Assembly: GCF_001194135.2 (NCBI RefSeq)
Contig: NC_068995.1
Location: 44,426,585-44,490,584, forward strand
Direction of reading: 5' to 3'
From: Octopus bimaculoides
Lineage: Eukaryota
DNA: 64,000 bases
In this document: positions 13,641-27,100 of the stretch, in pieces
How positions within the stretch are numbered: the stretch's first letter is position 1
Layout of the letters: every line of letters begins with the position of its first letter
Translations under genes and position numbers: made by a program
The notes under the pieces: generated by a model
What the model was told of the DNA's origin: nothing
Seen by the model: only the letters and a program-made list of their open reading frames with translations
Database searches by the model: none

Positions 13641-14599
13641 TTGTTTCAGTTCACCATCACAAAACTTTGCAATTAATTCTTCTGAATTAATTTACAGAAT
13701 TAAATCACTAACAATTACATTGCTTTTAATTAGAATTCATTATGGCCACAGTCCAATGAATGAAACCAGCACAAGACTACAATTATATCAGCGAGCAATA
13801 GATATGTATTACTGGCTGTTTCAGCTTTTCCAATGAACATACTGCGTCCTATGTCATTGTGTATTGGGATTAATTTATTCAACTAAACCCTTCAAGGCAA
13901 TACCCCAGTATTGCAGTCCAGTGACTGAAACAAGTAGAATACACATATATATCTCATGTCATTTTGGGAAGCATGGAGTTTTTAAAGGATGCAATACATA
14001 CATACATACATACATACATACATACATACGTATGTACATATATCTACACACGCACACACACACACACACACATGGATATCAGAATATCTGGCCATGAGAG
14101 TGAGCACTGTCTTAAACCCAGCAGGGAAATCAGAGCACTGGACACTATGGTATTTATCATCTATTGACAGTAAACCACAGAATATATAGATCAGAATTGG
14201 GCTGGTAAACTCATGAGGCTCCCAGGACAACTGACCAGTGTGCTCCTGCCTTAAGATGGCCCCTGAACATCATGCTCATTAAAATAATGGATAAATGACT
14301 GAGTATTGCACAGACACATGTGCCATAACATAACTCTCAGGCAGAATCCACATGACACTGCATATAATAAGGCTATATTTTTGAATTTACAGACACAGTC
14401 CATCTGACAGACTCATACAGCTTTCATTTCCCCAATTTTACTCACAAGGTCTGAGTTAATCCGAGGTTATAGAAACGACCCTTACCTAAGACACCATGCA
14501 GCAGAAGCGATTTCAGGCCCTCATAATTAAGAAACGTAATTTTTTACCATTCAGCCTTCTGTACCTACTTATATCATCATCATCATTATCATCATCATT

Positions 14600-14915
14600 G
14601 TGAAGGCACATGGCTCAGTGGTTAGAGTGTTAGACTCACAATCATGAAGTAGCGAGTTCGACTCCTGGACCAGCTTGTGTGTTGTATTCTTGAGCAAGAT
14701 ACTTTATTTCATGTTGCTCCAGTTCACTCAGCTGTAGGAATGAGTTGCGATGTCACAAGTGCCAAGCTGTATCGGCCTTTGCCTTTCCCTTGGATAACGT
14801 CGGTGGGCATGGAGAAGGGAGGCTGGTATACAAGCAACTGCTGGTCTTCCACAAACATCAGAGGGAAACTTTCTAGGTGCAATCCCATGGTCATTCACGT
14901 CTGAAGGTCTTCACC
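14600..14915 (+). mobile_element. tRNA-derived SINE (family D)
   Basis: A-box tggctcagtggttaga and B-box gagttcgactcc, followed by a non-tRNA body. Related heads occur at ~7503 and ~51615. Confidence 0.75.
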
Positions 14916-14959
14916 TTTATCATCATCCTCAAGACAGAAGTAAGGAGAGGGAGAGAGGG

Positions 14960-15603
14960 GAAAGAGAAAGAGAAGGGGAGTTCAAATTCCATGAAGGTTG
15001 ACTTAGCCAATTCTTTCTACTGTAGGCACAAGGCCTGAAATCTTGGGGAGGGCGTAAGTCAACTGCATTGACCCCAGTGCTTAACAGATACCTTATTTTA
15101 TCAATCACAAAAGAATGAAACACGAAGTTGACCTTGGTGGCATTTGAACTCAGAACAAAGAGACATGTAATTCTGCTATTTTGCCTGGCATGTTGGCGAT
15201 TCTGCCAGCTCACCACCTAAACAACAACAACAACAAGAAAAGCAAGGCCTGAAATTTGTGGGGAGGGGACCAGTCGATTACATGGACTCCAGTACTCAGC
15301 TGGTACGTATTTTATCGACCCCGAAAGCATGAAAGGCGAAAATCAACTTCAGCAGAATTTGAACTAAGAATGTAACGACAGACGAAATGCCACTTTCTAC
15401 TGGAAGCACAAGGCCTCAAATTTGGGGGAAGGGATTAAGTCAATTACATAGACCCCAGTGTGTAACTGGTACTAATTTTATCGACTTCGAAAGGATGAAA
15501 GGCACAGTCGACCTCGACGGAATTTGAACTCAGAACGTGGAGACGGACGAAATACTGCTAAGCATTTTGCCCGGCGTGCTAACGATTCTGCCAACTCGCT
15601 GGC

Positions 15604-15605
<2 letters not shown>
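14960..15605 (-). mobile_element. Stack of three head-to-tail tRNA-SINE copies (family E)
   Basis: The gagttcaaattcc...ctttcatcctttcggggtcgataaa...taccag motif is repeated. The same family occurs at 20192-20612(+), ~27985(+) and ~48780(+). Confidence 0.8.
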
Positions 15606-15685
<80 letters not shown>

Positions 15686-16278
15686 TAATAATTAGTAACA
15701 TAAATTAATCTCAAAACGTAAAGAAACACTGCTCAACACAGAGAGACAGACAGACAGACAAAGATGCTATAACCTATAAACCATATAAATGATTAACGCC
15801 CACATAGAAACTCTAAACTCATTCAGTCTTAAAACTTTGTACTCTGTTATCTAAGCTACCACAACTCGAATGCCACTAAAGTTTGTACAGTAAATATTGT
15901 CAAACATTTTAAAAACTATCACATCTGGCTGTATTCACTGCAGATTGTGACATAATTATCGGGTTTTAAAATTTTTTTATTTATTTGTTTTGTTTTTTTT
16001 CTTTCTGTTAAATGTTTGTTACGAGTGGAGTAAATGATGGACTGACATCTGGTTTCAATTTTTCATTGAAATCGTTTCAGAAACATTATCAAAGAAAACA
16101 TAATTTATCATTAAAAAGAAAAAAAAAATTTTTCTATGTCTGTTTTCGTTTTCATAAAATATTATTTCAAACCACTATTAATTATAACAAATGAATGAAA
16201 GAAGATTCGTTGAAGCTAAATAAAAGAGCTGAAGATAGAAAGGAAACAATTGAATTAAACTCAGAGTTAACTTAGTAT

Positions 16279-16340
16279 CCGGAAGCAAACGTACGTAACC
16301 GGACCGGAAGTTACAAGTATTATTTCCTGAATTTTTGGAC
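16279..16340. promoter_or_regulatory. Putative housekeeping promoter with tandem ETS/GABP sites
   Basis: CCGGAAG at 16279-16285 and ACCGGAAGT at 16303-16311, in a locally CpG-rich, repeat-free segment. Confidence 0.6.
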
Positions 16341-17704
16341 GCGCCCACTTTTATTATAATAATCGGAAATCAATAGAAACCTGTTGTTGTGTCAAGCTAC
16401 GATAGAAATTATCAATGGAAACAGCGAAGTGTCGATGTGTGGATAGGTGCGAATGTGTGGGATTTCTCTGGTAGACACAAGGCCATCTCCATGACTTAGA
16501 AAATATAAGTTTAGTGACACGAAATTCGATATATTACTGGTGCCTGTTAAATACTTCATTTCAATTTTTAGACATTATATATATTTTTTTAATTATCCTT
16601 TCACACCAGGTTTAGTATGTTTGGATTGACAGACAGACAGACAGATAGATAGATAAATATGAGTGCGTTCGCATTTAACAATTTTGGCTAAAAAAACACT
16701 TTTTTATACGGCGTCCAACCACACTATTTACACTAGATAAACCTCTGNNNNNNNNNNNNNNNNNNNNNNNNNNNNNNNNNNNNNNNNNNNNNNNNNNNNN
16801 NNNNNNNNNNNNNNNNNNNNNNNNNNNNNNNNNNNNNNNNNNNNNNNTATATATATATATATATGTATGTATGCATATATATATGTATATATATATGGGA
16901 GAATTTACGAAGAAATCAACAACAGACGAGGACAGGTGGTGTAAACAACAAAAGGATGTATTAGTTTAACGCTCAGGAGTAGAGAAAGTCTTTAACTGGA
17001 CTGGCTCCTGACTACCATTTTTTGAAGCATCTTGATGGTTTTCTGTGAGAGGAGTTTAAAAAAATCAAACTCTTGCTGAAATTCTGTTCAAATTGTTCAT
17101 CAGCTCCAGAACTCCAGATTTTTTATGTTACCAGAATAAACAAACTCGTTGGCAAAAATGTGTTGATTGTAATGATACTAACTTTGATGAATAAAATTTC
17201 CGCATTGTTGAAATATATTGTGATGAATTTCATGTTTCAAAACGTTGCTTACTTTTTACTCAGCCTGGTGTGTGCGTGTGCATGTAGGCATGGATGTGGG
17301 GTTAAGCTTGCTTCCTAACCACTTGATTCCCGGTTCAGTTCTACTATTCAGTCCAAGTTCAGTCCCTACTATAGCCCCAAGCCAACGAAAGACTTGTGAG
17401 TGGATTTGGTAGAAGGAAACTTAAAGAAGCCCATCATGTTCAGGCTTCATTTGTCTATCTTGGCATGGCTTCTATGTATAAATGCCCTTTCTAATGCAAC
17501 CACTTTTACAGAGTGTGCTGAGCGTTTTTAACATGGCACCAGTATGGGTGCTTCTTACATGGCACACTTGTGCCAGCAATAAATAAGCCCCCAGCACACT
17601 CTGTTAAGTGGTTGGTATTAGGAAGAGCATCCAGCTGTAGAAACCATCCAACCCATGCCAGCATGGAAAACGGACATTAAATGATGATTTCATATATATA
17701 TATA

Positions 17705-19114
17705 TCTATATATATAAAAATGAGAATGTGTGTGTGTCTGTCTGTCTGTCTGTGTGAATCCCTAAAACTCGAGAATTACGCAACCAATTTCATTCAAATT
17801 TTACACATGCTTTACTTAGGGTTCCAGTTGTGTTTTAGTCAAAAAAAATTTTTAACTTCTTGCAGAGTTCGAGCCCACGGCAACATAATATCTCCTCCAC
17901 TATTTAAGTATTACGTGTCAAAAGTGAAACAAAAACACTCCTGTCAAATACTTTCACTTTAAAAATGAAACTATTCTACTAACTGAAACAATCACATTTC
18001 GATACTGTAATGACAGATACTTTCAGNNNNNNNNNNNNNNNNNNNNNNNNNNNNNNNNNNNNNNNNNNNNNNNNNNNNNNNNNNNNNNNNNNNNNNNNNN
18101 NNNNNNNNNNNNNNNNNNNNNNNNNNNNNNNNNNNNNNNNNNNNNNNNNNNNNNNNNNNNNNNNNNNNNNNNNNNNNNNNNNNNNNNNNNNNNNNNNNNN
18201 NNNNNNNNNNNNNNNNNNNNNNNNNNNNNNNNNNNNNNNNNNNNNNNNNNNNNNNNNNNNNNNNNNNNNNNNNNNNNNNNNNNNNNNNNNNNNNNNNNNN
18301 NNNNNNNNNNNNNNNNNNNNNNNNNNNNNNNNNNNNNNNNNNNNNNNNNNNNNNNNNNNNNNNNNNNNNNNNNNNNNNNNNNNNNNNNNNNNNNNNNNNN
18401 NNNNNNNNNNNNNNNNNNNNNNNNNNNNNNNNNNNNNNNNNNNNNNNNNNNNNNNNNNNNNNNNNNNNNNNNNNNNNNNNNNNNNNNNNNNNNNNNNNNN
18501 NNNNNNNNNNNNNNNNNNNNNNNNNNNNNNNNNNNNNNNNNNNNNNNNNNNNNNNNNNNNNNNNNNNNNNNNNNNNNNNNNNNNNNNNNNNNNNNNNNNN
18601 NNNNNNNNNNNNNNNNNNNNNNNNNNNNNNNNNNNNNNNNNNNNNNNNNNNNNNNNNNNNNNNNNNNNNNNNNNNNNNNNNNNNNNNNNNNNNNNNNNNN
18701 NNNNNNNNNNNNNNNNNNNNNNNNNNNNNNNNNNNNNNNNNNNNNNNNNNNNNNNNNNNNNNNNNNNNNNNNNNNNNNNNNNNNNNNNNNNNNNNNNNNN
18801 NNNNNNNNNNNNNNNNNNNNNNNNNNNNNNNNNNNNNNNNNNNNNNNNNNNNNNNNNNNNNNNNNNNNTTTGGGTCTTTTTATTATCACTGCGACACACA
18901 TAGTCCCTAGTTGGTAACATTGATTTCAAGGCCCTCCTTGATGAGAGACTGGAATTCCACTTAATGTCTATGTTCCATGCTGGCATGGATTGGAGAGTTA
19001 TTAATGTAGAAATATGGTATCGTAGCTACTAACAGTTGAGGGTTGCGTAGTCTAGACGGCGTTTTTAGATTTCATTATTCTCTTTAACCCGGGCAAAGCC
19101 GGGTATTTCTGCTA

Positions 19115-19115
<1 letters not shown>
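17705..19115 (+). mobile_element. Non-autonomous Helitron-like element spanning an assembly gap
   Basis: A|TC 5' end followed by a (TCTG)n tract. 3' hairpin cccgg-gcaaag-ccggg (19088-19103) and CTAG|T terminus (19112-19115). Confidence 0.7.
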
Positions 19116-19150
<35 letters not shown>

Positions 19151-20614
19151 ACAGTCATTAATCCAACTTAGCATGGATGATGTGTTAGAACACAGGCTAC
19201 TGTAATATTTACCTTTAGAGGACCTCGCATATGGACTTGTGATGCATAAAAGCATGTGTCTGTGAGAGATAGTGTCTCCTTGTGTTGACATCGCATGGGG
19301 TGTTGTAAATGAATATCACCATCATAAAAACAGTGCCCTCTATTTCCAAACTTCAATGAGAACATGTCCAACCATAGGAATTATTACCTTCCTTGGATGA
19401 TATTTTTGGTGACAAAGAAAAAACATGTGACTGCAAAAAATCTGCCTTAGTAAATTGTTGTTAACTACTTTATAGCGTGTGTATGGTACACTTTTTGTTA
19501 CGCCAGTATTAGAGAGGTTGTCATGCTCTCACTATTCCCTCTAGAATAGAATAATTTGATGATTTTCTATCATGGTACCAGCAAAGGAGAGAAGGGATGG
19601 TGCCTTATATGTAAAAAATGAAAAATTATTTAAAAGTCTAAGACATGGACCAATAAGTCAGTGAAAATACAAGTGTTGACAGCTGAATGACTGAAAATAG
19701 GTGACTGGAGCATGAATGTAACTGTTGAGAGACTCAAAAACCTTGGACATGAACATTAGCTCAGGTGGAGGAGATTTGGAGACAGGACTATGTCATCAGG
19801 CAGAATTCAACGAGTGGTTGGGAAGGTCAGGAGTATGCTGTAAGAGGCAGGATTCTTTGAGATGTAGTCATGAGAGGGGTGATTGGCAACAGCAGAAGTA
19901 GGCAAAAAAGTGAGGGTGAGAGTTGGTGATGGCCAGCAACAGAGGGGGCCTACGGGGGAGACAGTGATGGCTGGTAGTAGAGAAGGCCAAAGCTCAACTG
20001 GTACTTTATCGACCCCCAAAAGGATAAAAGGCAAAGTTAACCATGGTGGGATTTGAACTTGGAATGTAATCCAGCTGAAATAAAGTACCAATCCTGAAAT
20101 CAGTATAATCAACTATGCTTTTTCTCCTAAAATTACTGCCCTTTTGCCAAAATTTGAAATTATTATTATTATCATTATCTAAGGCAGTGGGCTGGCAGAA
20201 TCGTTAGCATGCCGGGCGAAATGCTTAGCAGTATTTCGTCTGCTGTCATGTTGTGAGTTCAAATTCCACCTAGGTTGACTTTGCCTTTCATCCTTTCAGG
20301 GTTGATAAATTAAGTACCAGTCGAGTACTGGGATTGATGTAATCAACTATTCCCCTCCCACAAAAATTGCTGCCCTTATGGTAAAATTTGAAACCGATGT
20401 TATTATTAAGACAGTGAGCTAGTAGAATTGTTAACACACCAGGCAAAATGCTCAGCAGCATTTCGTATGTCATCTGAGTTCAAATTCTGCCAAAGTTGAC
20501 TTTGCCTTTCATCCTTTTGGGGTTGATAAAATAAGTACCAGTTGAGTACAAAGGGTCAACGTAATTGACTTAATCCGTCCCACAAAATTACTGCTAGTGC
20601 CAAAATTTGAAACC

Positions 20615-20980
20615 ATTATTATTATTATTGTTCAGTAGTTTTATTTTTATAACATGCTTTCACTTCACTACCGAGCGCAGCTCTGCGCCTTGGGTATGTG
20701 CTGTGGTTTGCTGTGGTGCTCTTATGTTTACTGTATTGAAAGTGTTTTGCGTAGAATGTGTGCAGTACCCAGTAGTGCAATTTTCTGTATGTTATATATA
20801 TTTGTAAGTCCTGGTGTTTTTGTTATGTATTTGTCTGAATATTTTTTTATTATACCTAAGGCACCTACTATGATAGGAATTGTTTCTGTTTTTAGATTCC
20901 ACATTCGAGTTACCTCTATTTCTAGGTCTTTGTATTTTGAAAGTTTTTCCATTTCTTTTAGAGAAACGTTGTCATCTAAT
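20615..20980 (-). mobile_element. 5'-truncated RLE-type (R4/NeSL/CRE-like) non-LTR retrotransposon 3' end
   Basis: EKLSKYKDLEIEVTRMWNLKTETIPIIVGALG...QKIALLGTAHILRK* is typical of the restriction-like endonuclease C-terminus. A (TAA)n tail follows. Confidence 0.8.
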
Positions 20981-21022
20981 GGCTTTGATTCCAGTAACAT
21001 TTTTTTTCTTTTGTTTTGCCAG

Positions 21023-21166
21023 AGTTTTTTAGGTTTTGGCCAGAGTGCTGAGATTGACATTGTATTAGATGGCCAAGAGAGCAGAAAAACTGCTGAAATT
21101 AAAACTGAAGAAGGCAAAAAAGAGAGACATTTTCTCTACTTTGATGGTGAAACAGTATCCGGCAAG
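21023..21166 (+). CDS. VPS26: VPS26 coding exon 2 (SFLGFGQ...TVSGK)
   Basis: ttttgccag| and AAG|gtgagt; 144 nt, phase 0/0. Confidence 0.95.
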
Positions 21167-24100
21167 GTGAGTTTTTATTGTTTAGCTGTCTTTTCTAAGA
21201 CATCTATTTGCTTTATTGTCATTTTTTTTATTGTTCTCATAATTTGAGCATTATTTTACTATTCAAACTTTATTGTTTTAAAGTAATTGTTTCTAATTTA
21301 GGTACAATTTAAATATAGATGTTTATTATTCTGTCTTGCAATAACGAGATCGTGTTTTACAAACTGTTATTTTTATTTAATATAAATTCTATGGTAACCA
21401 TCATCATCATCATCATAGCGGACGTTAAACGATGATGACGATGATGATGATGATGGTCACCATAGAATTTATATTAAATAAAAATAACAGTTTGTAAAAC
21501 ACGATCTCGTTATTGCAAGACAGAATAATAAACAGCATGTATTTAGAGCTTTCTGTGTATATATATATAAAAAAAAAGAAACCCCAGTCTTATTGTAAAC
21601 TTGTTACATAAAGACAGCAGCTGAGATTGTGATAAATCAAATATCCAAATAGCTAGACACCTGTGTCACAGCAACCATTATTGACTAAAGTATGCCTTTC
21701 ACTACAGAGCACTAAGACATCAACACCTTGTCAGCTATAACCCTGTTTGCCTCTGTACCAATTCAACATTTGTTATCCCAGAATGGGAATAGTGGATTAC
21801 AGATATTGATATTGTTTTACACTGTTTATACTTTGACAGGGTTATTTGATTACTAATTAAGGTGTTCCTTGAATAGTTAACTTACAGAATTATTATTGAG
21901 ACAGCAGGAGTTCAGATACTAGCATTACTCAATTAAGAAAATTATCCTTGATACTCTTTTACTTGTTTCAGTCATTTGACTGTGGCCATGCTGGAGCACC
22001 ACCTTTAGTCGAGCAAATCGATCCCAGGACTTATTCTTTGTAAGCCTAGTACTTATTCTATCGGTCTCTTTTGCCGAACCACTAAGTTACTGGGATGTAA
22101 ACACACCAGCATCGGTTGTCAAGCGATGTTGTGGGGACAAACGCAGACACACAAACACATACACACACATACATACATATNNNNNNNNNNNNNNNNNNNN
22201 NNNNNNNNNNNNNNNNNNNNNNNNNNNNNNNNNNNNNNNNNNNNNNNNNNNNNNNNNNNNNNNNNNNNNNNNNNNNNNNNNNNNNNNNATATATATACAT
22301 ATATACGACGGGCTTCTTTCAGTTTCCGTCTACCAAATCCACTCACAAGGCTTTGGTCGGCCCGAGGCTATAGTAGAAGACACTTGCCCAAAGTGCCACG
22401 CAGTGGGACTGAACCCGGAACCATGTGGTTGGTAAGCAAGCTACTTACCACACAGCCACGGATTACCTATTCATGGTAATCCAGGATTTGCTAGTGAATG
22501 CTTTAACTCTTTTGTTACTATATTTCTGTTGGAACATACTGTCTTTCATAATCATCATTTAACATCTACTTTTCCATGTTTGCATGGATCAGATAGCATT
22601 TTGATAGATTTGGGGCAGATGCCCTTCTTGTTGCCAACTCTCACCTGTTTCCAGGTAAAGTAATATTTTGCCAAGACTAAAAACAAACACTGCTTGTATG
22701 ATGGTGATGCTCAATTACAGTCATTACACGGTGTCAAGACAAGGGTGCGCACACACCCATACAGAGCTTCTTTCAGTTTTCATCTCCCAAATCCACTCAC
22801 AAGGCTTTGGTTGGCCTGAAGCTATGGCAGATGACACTTGTCCAAGATATCTTACAGAGGGAGTGAACTCAAAACCACATAGTTGGGAGGCAAGCTTCTT
22901 AATCACACAGCTATGCTTGTGTCTTTGTTTCAAAAAATGTACCAAAATTTGAAATCATTATTTGGTTAATTGGTACTGGTTGATTTCTTTGTTACAGAGC
23001 TGGCAGATTTAATAGTATCTGTTGGAACAAGTGTTTTCACCATCTGTAATATTCTTTATCTGAATAACATTGTACAATGACTTACATGAGGGTATCATCT
23101 TTATGTTACTGTGTGTTAATTACATTTACAATTTTACTTTGTTTGTAGAAGTATTGTTTTCTGCTATTTCTGTTTTAATAGATTCTCTTTTAATTCTCAC
23201 TTTTTTCTGTATTAGGTGAATGTCACCTTGAAAAAGAGTGGCAATAAATTGGAACACCAAGGTATTAAAATAGAATTTATTGGACAAATTGGTACGTAAT
23301 TCTTTTAAGGATTTTTACAATATCTACTAAAATAGTTTTTCTCATATCATTTTCAATTTGTTTAATCAACAATTTCTCTATGGTTCTGCTGTTAAAATGC
23401 TTTAAATAAAACAACCACTAACAGCAGTCATGTTATATGCAAAATTTCTCAGGCTGGTGAGTTTGATACTGTTAATGTTCTCTGGAGAAGATAAATGAAA
23501 ACTATATTGTACAACTTAGCTGAAAGGTTCTATTAGACATGGCCAAAAAGCTTTACTAATGACAAATCTAATCACATTGCTTTCACTGAGTTGTGTGATG
23601 TAGGACAACTTCAAGAAACCTCATTCTACAGAAACAGGAGTGGTGGTCACTGAGGTGGGAAAGAAGAAGAGGTTTTGTCTTCATCCCATTTATAATGTTT
23701 GAAATGAGTGATAGATGTGTGTGTTGCATTGGTAGTCATCGAGGTGAGTAAAGTTGTGCTTCATGGAAACACTTTTGTATGGATCTAAGACTGATCAATC
23801 TAGCAAAGATAGGCACTAACTGTTGATGTCCATGAATGGAAGAGACATTATCAAAACCAATTTCCATTTTGGGTTGAAGCAAACAAAATCATTGCAAACT
23901 AATAGAAACCTTTTTGATAAAAGATCAGAAGGTTTTGGTAGTAAGTTTGGAAATAATTTAGAGGCTGAGGAGAGGATAAGTGCTTTTGAAATGCTTGTTT
24001 TAGAAGTATGGTGGTGGTGGTGGTGGTGGGGAGTTCTTCCTGGTGTTGTCAGCAGTATTGTTGTCATTTTGTCCTGCAGAGTAAACCGCCATGGTGGTTT

Positions 24101-27100
24101 AGTAGCTGTGGTTAGTTGTATGAGATATATGTGGAGGAACGTAAGTCAGAAGATAGTATTCATCTCTGACAGCTGTGACAGGTTAGCTATAGACGAACAT
24201 TTGTTGCCAGGGGGAGTCAGTGGTGTAAAAGTAGCAGATAATTGACCAGCGGAGAGATTATGTGCTTTTGGGGTTAGGGGAGGTGAGGAGATTAACAACT
24301 GTCGATAGTTTAAGATGGTGGTAGTGAGGGGTTTACAGGAACCAAGATGTATTGATTAAATTCATTAAACACACACGTCATTTAATTAACATGTGGTGGT
24401 GGTTGTGGCTGGAGAAGCTTGGTAAGTAGAGGTAGATGAACTTAAAACCAGAGTAAGTGGATGTCTTTGTTGTTGAGATTCTGGTGACAAAAATTGATGG
24501 TAGGGAATGTGAAGGCACCACCTTTGAGTGAAGTTGAATTAAAGAGTGTTTCCTGGACAGTGGAGTTAGTAATATGGGATGAGAATGTTATCATCCGACA
24601 AATTTTTGTTGACGTTGTTGTTTTAATTTTATTGTTGATAATATAACACAAGTCCAACACCATCCAACTGTTACAAGTTATTTTCCACTAATTTTTTCAG
24701 TCATTGTTTATTCAGTTACGAGAGTTTGTTTACCATAGACACCAAGCCCATGCTTAATTCATCATGATGGTAAATTATTTCACCTCTTGATAGAAATATT
24801 AATAAAAGAGTAAAGATTAATTGAATCTAAGATTGTAAAGCTAACTTTATCACCACGTACGGTAAAGTGGTAAATATTTTGCAGTGTTGTTTGATGATGT
24901 TATCTCAGATAGATAAAGAAGTCAGTAATTGAGATAATACAAGAGTGAAAAGACAGTGAAATTTATTTAATAAGCAGTTTTTTTAGGTGATTGTTAAAAA
25001 TATATGCAACACTAGATTAGATTGTTAAACTAGCTGCTGCTTGTTTTTAAAGCCAGGTAGAGGGGAATGAATAAGTTGGTAGTTCTGGATGGATCTTGTG
25101 TGAAATGTCCTTGAGGCTGGATAAGGGTAAATACGCAAGTTGATGCATTTTAGCAGAAAACTTATCTTTCGACAGATATAGTTAAATCTGTAATAATTAC
25201 TACTTCATGCCTGATTTGAAACCTATTAATTCATTAATTAAACTATTTCAGAGTTGTATTATGACCGTGGCAATCACCATGAATTTACGTCACTTGTCAA
25301 GGAATTGGCTCGACCAGGTATCCTAACCCAAAGTACCAGCTACAATTTTGAGTTTTTACAAGTTGAGAAGCCATATGAATCTTATACTGGTGTCAATGTT
25401 AGGTTGAGGTATGTACACTCTCTCTTTCTGTCTGTCTCTCTTTTTAGTCTTGTCAAGGGTTTGGTAATCCTATCTGGTGACAGTGCCACAATAAAATACA
25501 TCTGGTATTTAAAGTGTTGGGTTGTGGTGACCCTTCAGTTTTGTCGAAGACACGACGACTCTGGCGGTGATGCCATGATATAATGCACCTAGTGCACCCT
25601 GTACAGTGCTTGGTGTCAGAAAGGATGTCCAAACATTGAAACTTATTAATGAGATCATCATCATCGTCATCGTTTAACGTCCGCTTTCCATGCTAGCATG
25701 GGTTGGACGATTTGACTGAGGACTGGTGAAACCGGATGGCAACACCAGGCTCCAATCTGATTTGGCTGAGTTTCTACAGCTGGATGCCCTTCCTAACGCC
25801 AACCACTCTGAGAGTGTAGTGGGTGCTTTTACATGCCACCTGCACAGGAGCCAGTCCAGCGGTACTGGCAACGAACTCGCTCGAATGTCTTTTCATGTGC
25901 TAGGAAGGTGACATTGGTAACGGTCATGCTCAAATGGTGCTATTTACATGCCACTGGCACGAAAGCCAGACAGCTGGTGCTCTGGCAACGATCACGCTCG
26001 GACGCTGCTCTTAGTGATTTACTGGTACTGGTGCCATCACGATTTCGCTTTCGCTTGCCCCAACAGGTCTTGGTTGAGATGTGGTTCTGTTACCTGTCTA
26101 GGAGGATAGTGACAGCCTGTCCAACTCGTCAGCATGGAAAGCTGACATAAAATCGATGGTTCATGATGATGATAACAATACATATGATGAGCCTTTACCA
26201 GTTACACTTCACTGACTTTAGCAATACCATTCCATCTCTGCTTCTCTAATTTCCATTTATATTGTCATTGAACGCAAACATCGAAATAAAACTCAAGTTT
26301 TAATAGTGAACTTCGTCTTCCAAGAAATGACGATTTGTTCTTTTCTCTTTTTTCCTTCTGTTCATTTTAAATGAATTTGTTTGTTGATTTGTGCAGATAC
26401 TTTCTGCGTGTGACCATTGTGAAGAGAATCACAGATGTAGTGAAAGAACAAGACATCATTGTACATACACTCTCACAGTATCCTGATATGAACAACAGCA
26501 TCAAAATGGAAGTCGGCATTGAAGATTGCTTACATATAGAATTTGAATATAACAAATCCAAGTAAGTTTCTGCGGATGTCCCTATCTGTCTGTCTAGCTT
26601 GATTGCTATCTATCTGTCTGTCTAGCTTGATTGTTTTCTGTTTGTTTATCTAGCTGTCATGAGCAGCATTTCCAAACCAGAATTTCCTGGAGTCTTAGGG
26701 TTCTGTGAAGGATCACTTGTGACTCCATGATAAATAGTAATAAATATGCTAATTATATGCAAATGTCTTTTGGTGTAATTTTATATTTGTAATTTTATTA
26801 TCTCTGCATGTTCATATTCAAAATCTAGGCATCTGTTGAAGTAAGGAGACCTTACAGGAACAGTAACCTCTTAACAGGCAATTGGGGGGGAATTTAGTTT
26901 TAGACAAACATTCTTTGTGGCATCTGATGGATTTAACACAAAGAGAAAGGAAAAGATTACTAAAGATAGATTTTTCTATAGAGTTTCCTGAGATATGGAA
27001 TTTACTCAATAAAATAGCAGGGAATTACTGGTTTAGAGAGACACCTATCAGCCTAGCAGGATAATTACTTGTGAAATAAAACAAATTTATAGAGCAATGA

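Noticed and set aside
20728-21117. 129-aa minus ORF overlapping VPS26 exon 2
   Set aside because: Chimeric: the N-terminal part is the antisense reading of the exon, and the rest is a truncated retrotransposon end.
23816-24663. His-tract and other 60-140 aa ORFs in VPS26 intron 3
   Set aside because: The His run comes from a (GGT)n repeat. There are no recognisable motifs or splice signals; probably decayed repeat.
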